Shown: positions 54,842 to 64,000 of the stretch, piece after piece
How the letters are laid out: the number at the start of each line of letters is the position of its first letter
Position numbering within the stretch: position 1 is the stretch's first letter
Assembly (NCBI GenBank): GCA_001821015.1
Contig: MHRQ01000020.1
Span: 44,977-108,976 of the forward strand
Length of the DNA: 64,000 bases
Reading direction: 5' to 3'
Source: Candidatus Taylorbacteria bacterium RIFCSPHIGHO2_02_FULL_46_13
Lineage (GTDB): Bacteria; Patescibacteriota; Minisyncoccia; Phycocordibacterales; DSPV01
Notes under the pieces: model-generated
What the model was told of the DNA's origin: nothing
Databases searched by the model: none
Seen by the model: the letters and a program-made list of their open reading frames with translations, nothing else
Position numbers and translations under genes: made by a program

Positions 54842-55834
54842 ATGGCCCTTATTGATGAAATAAAAATACATATTACCGCGGGCCGTGGTGGTGATGGAGT
54901 TGTCCGTTGGCTCCAAGAGAAAAATAAAGACCACGGTGGCCCTTCAGGAGGAGATGGAGGTAAGGGAGGGAGTGTCTACGCGCGTGCTATTCGCGACATT
55001 GCCGCGCTTGCCCGTTATCGCAGTATCAAAGAGTTGCGTGCCGACGACGGTGAAGACGGGAAAGCGGACAACATGCACGGCAAAAGCGGGAAAGATTTAG
55101 TTTTTAATGTTCCTACCGGTTCAGTTATCACCAATCATCAAACTGACGAAAAATTTGAAGTTCTAAAAGAAGGCGATACCGTGCTTCTCCTTGCGGGCGG
55201 TGGCGGAGGACTTGGTAATTCGCATTTTAAAGGTTCGGTGAATCGTCGTCCCAGAGAATTTACTACAGGCAAAGCAGGGGAGACCGCGGATTTTACCATT
55301 GAACTTCAACTGATCGCTGACGCCGGGCTCATTGGACTTCCGAACGCGGGCAAGTCAAGTCTCTTAAATACTCTTACACATGCGAATGCTAAAATTGGTT
55401 CATATGCGTTTACGACACTTGAACCAAACTTAGGGGTCATGAATGGATATGTACTCGCTGACATCCCTGGACTTATAGAAGGTGCGGCAGAAGGGAGGGG
55501 TTTAGGCCACCGTTTTTTGCGGCATATTCGTCGCACTCGCGTATTGTTGCACTGTATTTCTCTTGAAAACGGAGATTTTGAAAAAGTATATAAGGTGGTT
55601 CGTGCCGAGCTTGGTAAGTATGATTCGGGACTGCTCAATAAAAGAGAGGTTATTGTTCTGACCAAAACTGATTTACTTGAAGAAAAGGCGCTCAAAGAGC
55701 GTATACAGGTACTTTCTAAGAAATTTGGAGACGTAATCGCAGTTTCTATCCTGGATGATGCCTCAATTAAGGGCTTCAAAGAATACCTCACAAGGCTCTT
55801 TGAGGGTCTCATGGAGGCTTCGAACGAATCTTAA
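54842..55834 (+). CDS. obgE: GTPase ObgE, short form without C-terminal domain
   Basis: Gly-rich Obg fold, GLPNAGKSS, FTTLEPNLG, DIPG and TKTD motifs. Confidence 0.95.
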   Translation: MALIDEIKIHITAGRGGDGVVRWLQEKNKDHGGPSGGDGGKGGSVYARAIRDIAALARYRSIKELRADDGEDGKADNMHGKSGKDLVFNVPTGSVITNHQTDEKFEVLKEGDTVLLLAGGGGGLGNSHFKGSVNRRPREFTTGKAGETADFTIELQLIADAGLIGLPNAGKSSLLNTLTHANAKIGSYAFTTLEPNLGVMNGYVLADIPGLIEGAAEGRGLGHRFLRHIRRTRVLLHCISLENGDFEKVYKVVRAELGKYDSGLLNKREVIVLTKTDLLEEKALKERIQVLSKKFGDVIAVSILDDASIKGFKEYLTRLFEGLMEASNES

Positions 55835-55867
55835 ACCCTTTATTTCTTTATGATATAGTAAAATCAC

Positions 55868-57301
55868 GTGGCAAAAGAGTATTATCCTACAATAGGTCTA
55901 GAAATCCACGCGGAGCTTAAAACGCAGACTAAAATGTTCTGCAATTCCAAGAATGACCCCGAAGAGAGTCGTCCTAACGTTAATATTTGCGCCGTCTGTC
56001 TTGGGCACCCTGGAACGCTTCCTACGGTCAATAAAGAGGCAGTCTTGCACGTTATTAAAGTTGGTCTCGCTGTAGGCGGCAAGATTGCCGATTATTCAGA
56101 GTTTGATCGGAAGAATTATTTTTATCCAGATATTCCCAAAGGCTATCAGATCAGTCAGTACAAGTATCCGCTCGTAGAAGGTGGAGAGCTTTCAGATGTA
56201 GCACTGACGAGAGTCCACTTGGAAGAAGATACCGCGCAGTCCTTTCATAAAGAAGGGGAGGAAGAAAATTTCAGTCTTGTAGATTTCAATCGTGCCGGAG
56301 TTCCACTGATGGAACTTGTAACCGAGCCAGTTATAAAGAGCGCGACGCAAGCGAAATATTTCGCGCAGGAACTTCAACTACTTTTAAAGTATCTCGGTGC
56401 CTCTGATGCCAACATGGAGAAAGGGGAGATGCGCGTTGAAGCGAATGTATCAATCAGTACTGATCCTAAAATACTAGGAAAGAAAGTTGAAGTAAAAAAT
56501 CTAAATTCGTTTCGCGCGGTAGAGGATGCAATTAATTTTGAACTTGCAAGACATAAGGTCCTCTTGGAAGAGGGGAAAGAGGTGATTCAAGAAACTCGTG
56601 GATGGAATGAAGATAAAGGAGAAACATTTTCTCAGCGGCGCAAAGAAGAGTCGCATGACTATCGTTATTTTCCAGATCCAGATATTCCTAAGCTTACCTT
56701 AAAAGAGGTAAAAGAATTTGACTTAGAAGAGCTTCGTATTGGTTTACCAGAGCTTCCTTCAGCAAAGCGCGATAGGTTGGAGAGGCGATACGGTCTTAAA
56801 AGAGAAGATATAGAATTGTATGTGCAAGATACGACGGTTGGGAATTTTTTTGAATCAGTCAGTACACTCTTGACTGACGCAGAGCAGATTAAATTAGGAT
56901 CTAATTACATTGCGTCTGATCTTGTGGGTCTCATGAATACAGGGAATGCAGACACACACATCAAACCAGTTGATTTTGCACAGCTTGTAATGATGATTAC
57001 AAGAGGCGAAGTGTCTTCCAGGGGGGCAAAAGATATTCTTAAGATTATGCACGATACGGGGGGTACTCCGAAAGCTATAGCAGAAGAACATGAGCTCTTC
57101 CAAGAGAGTAATGAAGAAGCTCTTTTGTCTGTGGTGAATAAAATTATTTCTGAAAATCAAACCGTTGTAGCAGACTATCACGCAGGCAAAACTGCTGCAC
57201 TTCAGTTCTTAGTAGGGCAGTGCATGAAAGCAACAAAAGGGAGCGCGAATCCGGGCATTTTGCAGCAGATCATAAAAAAAACTTTAAGTAAAGAGGTCTG
57301 A
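55868..57301 (+). CDS. gatB: Asp/Glu-tRNA amidotransferase subunit B
   Basis: IGLEIHAEL, FDRKNYFYPD, HLEED, EVKNLNSF and DYRYFPDPD motifs. Confidence 0.97.
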   Translation: MAKEYYPTIGLEIHAELKTQTKMFCNSKNDPEESRPNVNICAVCLGHPGTLPTVNKEAVLHVIKVGLAVGGKIADYSEFDRKNYFYPDIPKGYQISQYKYPLVEGGELSDVALTRVHLEEDTAQSFHKEGEEENFSLVDFNRAGVPLMELVTEPVIKSATQAKYFAQELQLLLKYLGASDANMEKGEMRVEANVSISTDPKILGKKVEVKNLNSFRAVEDAINFELARHKVLLEEGKEVIQETRGWNEDKGETFSQRRKEESHDYRYFPDPDIPKLTLKEVKEFDLEELRIGLPELPSAKRDRLERRYGLKREDIELYVQDTTVGNFFESVSTLLTDAEQIKLGSNYIASDLVGLMNTGNADTHIKPVDFAQLVMMITRGEVSSRGAKDILKIMHDTGGTPKAIAEEHELFQESNEEALLSVVNKIISENQTVVADYHAGKTAALQFLVGQCMKATKGSANPGILQQIIKKTLSKEV

Positions 57302-57830
57302 TTTGATGAAGTCCGAAGACCGACTAAAGAGCGTGTAACATCGATTCTTTTTTAATTTATATCATCTCGGGTATCCGAGATATAGCTCTAACAGAGGATA
57401 TTTACGCTCTCTTCCGAGATGATGCTCCTTTGAGAAACAAAATTGTATTTTTAACATACGCACATACATAGAAAATGCATTTTTTGAAAATGTTATAGAA
57501 AAATTAGTCCGAGTGATCTTTTTGCAGGTGTTTACCTTAAAACTCCAATAATTTTATTGGGGGCTATCTATGTTCCTTAACATAAGCCTACTCTTAGAAA
57601 GGTTTTCTATATTTTGGCTCTCTTCATCTGACCACGGTTCCCTTTTAACTGATGAGGGGAGATAGTTTTTGTTTAAAAATAGATCAATTTTCAGAAAATC
57701 GTATCGATTTTTCGATTGTTATTTTTTGTTTCACGAAAGTGAAATAAATAGACTCGGATATCCGAGATAGCCTTATTTATCCACATATTTTGGCCATCTC
57801 GGATGAAATAAATTGTTAAAATTATCTGTA

Positions 57831-60800
57831 ATGTCAGAAAATAACGGGCACATATTTCTACAAGGGAAAAAATATATTTCATCTCGTCTCTGTGCAGAGA
57901 TTTCAAAATATTCACATGACTACGTTGGTCAGCTTTGCCGTAGTGGCAAACTTGAGTGTACCCGTGTAGGAAGAGCCTGGTATGTAGGCGAAGCATCACT
58001 CTTTAATCACCTCAAAGAAAACTCTCCTTCAGAGTATGTGAAGCGCGTGAGTGCAAGAGCTGTCAGTAGTGATGCTGTGTATACCGAGATATCCACTGCG
58101 TCCAGAACCGAAGAAATAAAAAGTGCTGCCCGTTCTGCTGCCCGTGAAGAAATTAAATATTTCCACGATGACAGAGTACTGTTGCCCACGTTACCTCCAC
58201 TCGTAACTACCCAAGGGAGAGATACTTCCAAAAAAATTCCTCGTTTGCTTTCTCCCTACCACAAGAATTTTTCGCTCGCGACAATTTCACATCCAAATTC
58301 TGTTAATAAAGTCGGGGCTCTCATGCTCTCGGTGGTGCTTACGGTTGGGGTAGTAATGTTTAAAAATACGGTTGATGTCACCGAGGCGTTGCATGGAATT
58401 TCACGAACGGCAAAGTCTATCAGCACGCTCGCACCATATCTGACCGCGGATACGTTTGCCGATGGAGCACGTGTGTATGCACATGAAAGTCTTGAATCGT
58501 TTGGTAAGTTGCTGTCCGAATTTAGAACTCGCTCCACCCGATTTGCAAAAATTGTTGTGGACAGCGCGTTATCTCTGGAGCGTGAAGTTGCAAAAGATCC
58601 CATCGGTTTCGCGCGCGACGCTGGAAGTGCTTACCGTGCTACGGTCTTTGACGGGACACGTCAGGCATTTATATATAATACTGGCACGTTCGCGCTCGCC
58701 ATTAACGGTTTAGAACAGAAATCTGGATTTACATTTTCCTTAAGCTCCCTTGCGCGTAGTGTCAATCGGAGCATCAATGATTTTGTCGTAGGGCTCTTTA
58801 CCACACCGGCGACGTATGTATATCTACCTCCTGTTCAAAACAGCCAGAACAGTGCACCCGCTCCGTCAAGTCGCTTTATTGTTCAAAATATCTATCCAAG
58901 CACCGAGCACACGACGAATCAAGTCTCTGCCGGGGGTATCACACGGGCTGAATTTGAAACCCGCTTAAGCATTCTAAGCAACAAGTTCACTTCCGATTTG
59001 AGCCTATTTTCAGATCGGACTTTTGGGAGCACCATCTATGTGCCATCACCGAGTTTGTCCCAAGAAATTGCTCACTCTCAAAGAATTGACCACCTGACAG
59101 GGACGCTGATCACCACCCCATCCATTGTCGGGGGTTCCATTACAGACGCGAGTATCTCTGGAGGGACTCTTTCGGGTGTATCCATCACAGGACTCTCTAG
59201 TTCGTTTGGTTCACTCTCGGTTACCGGTACGGGTACCTCAACGTTTGTTGGAGGTGTTTCCAGCCAGACCATCTTCCAAGGTTCGACCTTGGAGGGTGGT
59301 CGTGGGCAGTTCGGTGTCATCGTTTCTACCTCCACTACTGCCACAAGTACATTTTCCGGTGATGTTGCTTTTGACAGTGACACTCTGTACGTAGATTCAC
59401 TGAACAACCGTGTTGGTGTTGGGACTTCATCACCGACTGATACATTCTCTGTTAACGGTCCGATTTTTCTCTCAAACGTAGCTCCGGCCAATACCTCCAA
59501 TCGCCTCTACGCAAATGCGAGCTCTCTTTATTGGGCCGGCAATTTAATCGGTGGAGCGACGACGGGCAACTGGACGACCGATGGTACGAATGCTTGGAGA
59601 GCAACCGGCAACGTCGGCATTGGCACCACCTCTCCTTACGCCAAGTTGTCGGTTGAACATCTCTCAACCACCGGCACAGTCATTGGCGCCGACGCGCTCA
59701 CGGGATTTACCGGAAATCTTTTGGATTTGAAAGTCGCCTCCACCACCAAGTTCTCAATCAATCAAAGTGGCGATCTTCTTACGATGGGCTCCACCACTCT
59801 CCAAGGTTTAACCTTTGTTAACGCGACGGGCACTAATGCGACGACTACCAATTTTTACGCCAGCAATTCTCTCTCTGTTCTAGGCGGAACCTTTCTTAGC
59901 GGAAGTCTGACTTCCACATACTCTGGCACCTCCACTTATTCTGGCGGTCTTTACGCTTCGCTTCTCTCCGCCCCATACTTCAATGCCACCTCCACCACTG
60001 TTGACTCAGTTTTAAATCGCTTCGTCAGCATCTTTGGCACGACCACCAACGCCACTTCAACCAATTTTTACGCAACCAACCTCGTTGCCGGAAACGCCAC
60101 CACCACCTCTTTCTTTGCCACTCTCGGACGGTTTGTGGATTCGTTCTTCTCGTCCTCCTCCGTTGGACAGTTGACGGTGGGCTCCATCACGGCCACGTCA
60201 ACGACGGCTACGTCCACGTTCCAGAATCTCTCCTTTGTCAGTGGCACGTCCACGAACAGCTTCTCCTCGTTCAACTTCACGGGTACGAATGCCACCACGA
60301 CCTCACTGTTTGCAAACATTGCACGAATCGTAGATTCGTTCTTTGCGTCAAGCTCGGTTGGGAACTCGACGGTAGGTTCACTGACCTCCACCTCCACCGC
60401 CACCTTCACCCAAGCTACGTCCACCTCCTTCTTCACCTCAATTTTCAACTCGGTCTCTTCGGTCTTCTCATCTGTCATCACCGGCACTTCCACAATCGGC
60501 GACCTTAACGCCACCTCCTCAATCAAACTAACTTACACCGGCGCCAATATGCTCATCACAACCGACGGGACAGGGAAGTTGGTTTCTTCTTCCACTCCAA
60601 CGGCGGCAAATTATCTTGCCACCTCAACTACAGCGACTTCAACATTTGCAGGGGGCTTGAGTGTCGCAGGCACTGCTGGACTGACCGTCTTGCAGAATGG
60701 GAATGTGGGGATTGGCGATGATTCTCCCCTATCTCTTCTCACGGTTGGCAACGGCGATCTTTTCCAGATCAATTCTTCTGGGCAAGTCGGTGTGCTGACA

Positions 60801-63800
60801 GCTCCTGTGTCTGACTATCTCATGACACTGAACGATTCTGTAAATAATAGTAGTAGTCGTATTATCGATATCACTCAAGCTGATAGTACAAATGAAAACA
60901 GTTATGGGATCTATTCAACTAACACTGTCAATCTCGGCACCCTTTCTTCTGGTGTATCTCGAACCCTTGCTGGTATGTATCAGAATTTAACCCCTACCGC
61001 TAATTTAAACTTCAGCTCGGGAATTACTGCGAATGTAACAGTTTCTGGCGTTAATAATAATATCAATTTAAGTAATATCTCTTTTGCTGATTCTAATAAA
61101 TCCACATCTGTTGTTACGTATGGAGATTATTCAGCTATTTCAGGATCACCAACAGTTACTGATATAAACAGTATTCAATCCAACTCACTATCAGTTTCTG
61201 GTACTTATAATACTGTCGGTGTTACACCGACGTGGAGCGGTTCTCTTAATGATGATATGACTTTTACTTCTCATGGAGGATATTTTGAAAATACATCCTC
61301 CAGTGCTGGCGATGCGCTTCTAACTTCAAGGGCGTATGGCGTATACGGAGTGTCAACCGGAAATCTGACCACCACCGGTGATACTATTCATTACGGCGGC
61401 TATTTTCAGGCCGGCGGAACTGCTGATACAAACTACGGACTTTATGTCGATTCGAGCGACGCTACTACGAACTATGGAATATATTCTGCGGCTACGGGAC
61501 AGAGTTATTTTGCCGGCAACGTCGGGATAGGCACCACTTCGCCATACGCCAAACTTTCAGTTGTGGGCCAAACAGTGGCGGCCTACTTCACGGCGACGAC
61601 GACCGCCACCTCCACCTTCCCCACACTCCTCACCACCAACGCAACCTCCTCCAGCTTCGCCATCACGAATCTTACCTCCACTCTCCTCAAAACTAATTCC
61701 TTCGGTTCAGTTATCCCAGCTGTAGCCGGCACTGACTACGCGCTAGGGAACGTTGCGTATCCGTTCACCCCTTCAGTCGCTTGGGGAGCGTTGGCACAAG
61801 CAACCACTTCTCTCTTGGCCTTTCCACAGGGGCTCATAGCTTCAGGAACGATAGGACGATTGACTGTCGGTTCTTTGACAGCAACCTCAACAGTGTCTTT
61901 CCCTGCTTCTTCTATTACGAATACAATGCTTCTAAACAGCACGATTTCAGGCGTGGCTTTGGGCGGGACACTCTTTGCTTTAACTAATAACGATACTCTG
62001 GGCGGCTCCTCGTATGACGGAAGCTCCGCTATTTCGGATTGGGGCATCAATCTTGGAAATGCAAACACATGGACAGCGGCTCAATTATTCAACTACACCG
62101 CGACCACTTCATTTTCAGGGGGACTGTATGCTTCCTTGATTTCCTCGCCTTACTTCCACGCCACCTCCACGACAGCCACTTCAACATTCTCTGGTGGAAT
62201 TTCAGGAGCGCACGCATCTCTTTCCGCAGGACTTATTGTTTCTGGCGGCAACGTCGGCATCGGGACTTCGACTCCGCAGAACAAGTTGAATGTTGTGGGG
62301 GATTTGAATGTGGTGACTTCTGGTAGTGCTTTGCCGACGCTTTATGCGAACACTTCAGGGAATGTTGGAATCGGGACGGCGGCGCCAGATTCAGGCTCAC
62401 GATTGCATGTAGTAGGTCCTTCTTTTGGACAACTAAGGGTAGAAACAGCCAACAGCGGTATAAATGGTCCTGGTATACTTATTATGAACTCAGCCGCTTC
62501 GGGTGCAAAAAACTGGGTAGTCGGTGCTAATCAGAATGCTAGCAATTTGTTTGAAATCACTCCCTCAACAGCAAATGACGGAACTACATTCTCAACGCCA
62601 AATTTGTCAATAGCAGGAGCAACCGGCAACGTCGGCATCGGGACGACGTCACCTGTCTCAAAATTGTCAGTGTCGGGGGGAGCGTCTGTGGGAGCAGACT
62701 ACAACATCGCGGCCCCGACGAATGGAATGATAATACAAGGCAACGTCGGCATCGGGACGACGTCACCTGTCTCAAAATTGTCAGTGTTAGGTGAATCAGC
62801 TTTCGCAGGAGGTGCTAGTGTCGGTATTGGTTACGCGGGAACTGCGGCTCCAACGGGAGGATTAATAATTCAAGGCAACGTCGGCATCGGGACAACAGGC
62901 CCCAGTCGCTCATTGCATATAGCTCAATCTGAATCGATTGCTTACCTAAACACAACCTCAACCAGCCCCGGGTTCCACTCCATGCTTATATTAGAGGCGC
63001 AAGGCTCTGCTAATAACTACTCCCAAGTTCGCTATATGAACCAGGGAACTTCCTACTTCTCGGCTGGCATTGATCCCCAGAATAGTTTTGCCTACTCCAT
63101 TGCTAACGGCTCAAATGTTAACGTCAATCCTCGTCTGACGATCACAACTGGCGGCAACGTCGGGATTGGGACGACGAGTCCGACGGCACGATTAGAAGTT
63201 GGTGATGGTGATGGGCTTGAGCTTCTTTATATTAACGGTGGAAATTCTGGTTCCGCAATGGGAGTAGGCATTTACTTAAACAATGCTGGCACACCACGCA
63301 ATGCTATAGGTAATTATAGCGCGATTGTGGGAGGAACTTTTAGTAGCGATTTGATGTTCTATAATGAGGGCTCTACAAATAATAAGATTCATTTTCACAA
63401 CAATGGCGGTGTAAAAATGGTAATAGATAGCTCCGGCAACGTCGGCATCGGGACGACCAGCCCCCTTTACAAATTATCAGTTGAGTCCACTTCCGAAGGA
63501 AACATGTTCCAAATTTACGACACCGATGGCAATTGTCTCCTAGATCCCGACTCCGGAGGCATCACCACCACCTGTTCATCAGACATCAGATTAAAGACAA
63601 ATATTACTGACGCACAACCTGTTCTGTCATATCTTGCAAACATTCCAATCAAAGATTACACCGTCATCGCTTCGGGAGATCAGAGAACCGGTGTGGTCGC
63701 CCAAGAACTTCTCGCTTCCGGCTACAGCGATCTCGTGCACATGGGTCCGGACGGCTATTATGGCGTCTCGGAAATCAGCTCATGGAAATTGATAAAAGGG

Positions 63801-64000
63801 ATTCAGGAGCTTGATTTACGCAGTGCCGACATTGCCCGAGCTTTAGCATCCACGACCTCAATTCTTTCTTCCTCCATTGCCGATATTGATGCCAAGCTTG
63901 CCCAGGTCCTCGCTTCAACTTTTGCTTCCTCAACCATTGACCAGATTATTGCGAGTACCACGGTAAATATTGTCGCTGGCCAATCCTTCATCGCGCGGAT
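57831..64000 (+). CDS. Giant (>2050 aa, partial) protein: N-terminal HTH, TM, Thr/Ser-rich and GNVGIGT repeats, peptidase S74-like chaperone domain
   Basis: ATG 57831 MSENNGHIFLQGKKYISSRLCAEISKYSHDYVGQLCRSGKLECTRVGRAWYV; TM ~58311-58361; about 10 GNVGIG copies in the same frame; SSDIRLKTNI at 63576; absent from the track, consistent with no stop in the window (spot-checked). Confidence 0.85.
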   Translation, partial: MSENNGHIFLQGKKYISSRLCAEISKYSHDYVGQLCRSGKLECTRVGRAWYVGEASLFNHLKENSPSEYVKRVSARAVSSDAVYTEISTASRTEEIKSAARSAAREEIKYFHDDRVLLPTLPPLVTTQGRDTSKKIPRLLSPYHKNFSLATISHPNSVNKVGALMLSVVLTVGVVMFKNTVDVTEALHGISRTAKSISTLAPYLTADTFADGARVYAHESLESFGKLLSEFRTRSTRFAKIVVDSALSLEREVAKDPIGFARDAGSAYRATVFDGTRQAFIYNTGTFALAINGLEQKSGFTFSLSSLARSVNRSINDFVVGLFTTPATYVYLPPVQNSQNSAPAPSSRFIVQNIYPSTEHTTNQVSAGGITRAEFETRLSILSNKFTSDLSLFSDRTFGSTIYVPSPSLSQEIAHSQRIDHLTGTLITTPSIVGGSITDASISGGTLSGVSITGLSSSFGSLSVTGTGTSTFVGGVSSQTIFQGSTLEGGRGQFGVIVSTSTTATSTFSGDVAFDSDTLYVDSLNNRVGVGTSSPTDTFSVNGPIFLSNVAPANTSNRLYANASSLYWAGNLIGGATTGNWTTDGTNAWRATGNVGIGTTSPYAKLSVEHLSTTGTVIGADALTGFTGNLLDLKVASTTKFSINQSGDLLTMGSTTLQGLTFVNATGTNATTTNFYASNSLSVLGGTFLSGSLTSTYSGTSTYSGGLYASLLSAPYFNATSTTVDSVLNRFVSIFGTTTNATSTNFYATNLVAGNATTTSFFATLGRFVDSFFSSSSVGQLTVGSITATSTTATSTFQNLSFVSGTSTNSFSSFNFTGTNATTTSLFANIARIVDSFFASSSVGNSTVGSLTSTSTATFTQATSTSFFTSIFNSVSSVFSSVITGTSTIGDLNATSSIKLTYTGANMLITTDGTGKLVSSSTPTAANYLATSTTATSTFAGGLSVAGTAGLTVLQNGNVGIGDDSPLSLLTVGNGDLFQINSSGQVGVLTAPVSDYLMTLNDSVNNSSSRIIDITQADSTNENSYGIYSTNTVNLGTLSSGVSRTLAGMYQNLTPTANLNFSSGITANVTVSGVNNNINLSNISFADSNKSTSVVTYGDYSAISGSPTVTDINSIQSNSLSVSGTYNTVGVTPTWSGSLNDDMTFTSHGGYFENTSSSAGDALLTSRAYGVYGVSTGNLTTTGDTIHYGGYFQAGGTADTNYGLYVDSSDATTNYGIYSAATGQSYFAGNVGIGTTSPYAKLSVVGQTVAAYFTATTTATSTFPTLLTTNATSSSFAITNLTSTLLKTNSFGSVIPAVAGTDYALGNVAYPFTPSVAWGALAQATTSLLAFPQGLIASGTIGRLTVGSLTATSTVSFPASSITNTMLLNSTISGVALGGTLFALTNNDTLGGSSYDGSSAISDWGINLGNANTWTAAQLFNYTATTSFSGGLYASLISSPYFHATSTTATSTFSGGISGAHASLSAGLIVSGGNVGIGTSTPQNKLNVVGDLNVVTSGSALPTLYANTSGNVGIGTAAPDSGSRLHVVGPSFGQLRVETANSGINGPGILIMNSAASGAKNWVVGANQNASNLFEITPSTANDGTTFSTPNLSIAGATGNVGIGTTSPVSKLSVSGGASVGADYNIAAPTNGMIIQGNVGIGTTSPVSKLSVLGESAFAGGASVGIGYAGTAAPTGGLIIQGNVGIGTTGPSRSLHIAQSESIAYLNTTSTSPGFHSMLILEAQGSANNYSQVRYMNQGTSYFSAGIDPQNSFAYSIANGSNVNVNPRLTITTGGNVGIGTTSPTARLEVGDGDGLELLYINGGNSGSAMGVGIYLNNAGTPRNAIGNYSAIVGGTFSSDLMFYNEGSTNNKIHFHNNGGVKMVIDSSGNVGIGTTSPLYKLSVESTSEGNMFQIYDTDGNCLLDPDSGGITTTCSSDIRLKTNITDAQPVLSYLANIPIKDYTVIASGDQRTGVVAQELLASGYSDLVHMGPDGYYGVSEISSWKLIKGIQELDLRSADIARALASTTSILSSSIADIDAKLAQVLASTFASSTIDQIIASTTVNIVAGQSFIAR

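Noticed and set aside
57640-57690. Hammerhead-like CTGATGAG
   Set aside because: No correctly placed GAAA and stems were found.
57302-57830. Replication origin
   Set aside because: Only one perfect DnaA box (plus one near match at 40418) and no dnaA/dnaN nearby.
57831-64000. Prophage tail fibre gene, and the minus-strand ORFs listed in this region
   Set aside because: No phage genes are adjacent and the protein has an HTH-TM N-terminus; the minus-strand ORFs are shadows of the repetitive plus-strand gene.

Overview
This looks like a chromosomal fragment of a Patescibacteria/CPR (Parcubacteria-like) bacterium using the standard code. The assignment is inferred from gene content: a PaaX/Cas2-like gene, O-antigen ligase-TPR, short ObgE, MYG1, a giant GNVGIGT-repeat protein and few Shine-Dalgarno sites. 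Positions 1-38.8 kb hold a large surface-glycan locus: Wzm/Wzt export, GDP-sugar and nonulosonate enzymes, many methyl-, carbamoyl- and glycosyltransferases, an E1-like ThDP pair and a B12 radical SAM enzyme. Positions 39-57 kb hold housekeeping genes (murB, secA, obgE, gatB) and a run of small nucleotide-handling genes. From 57831 a >2050-aa HTH-TM-fibre protein runs off the window and is missing from the ORF track. The main non-obvious signals are: (1) a family of small structured elements whose 156-bp form sits in frame in the 5' ends of two genes while 85/86-bp forms are intergenic; (2) TA(C/T)GCTATAGC(G/A)TA-core palindromes bracketing the PaaX/Cas2-like gene, with an orphan copy 38 kb away; (3) an unannotated cyclophane-RiPP-like precursor next to a truncated SPASM maturase behind a duplicated secA tail; (4) 56-bp direct repeats around pyrD; (5) several unannotated mini-genes and a candidate sRNA. 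All family assignments are by motif recognition; no searches were run.
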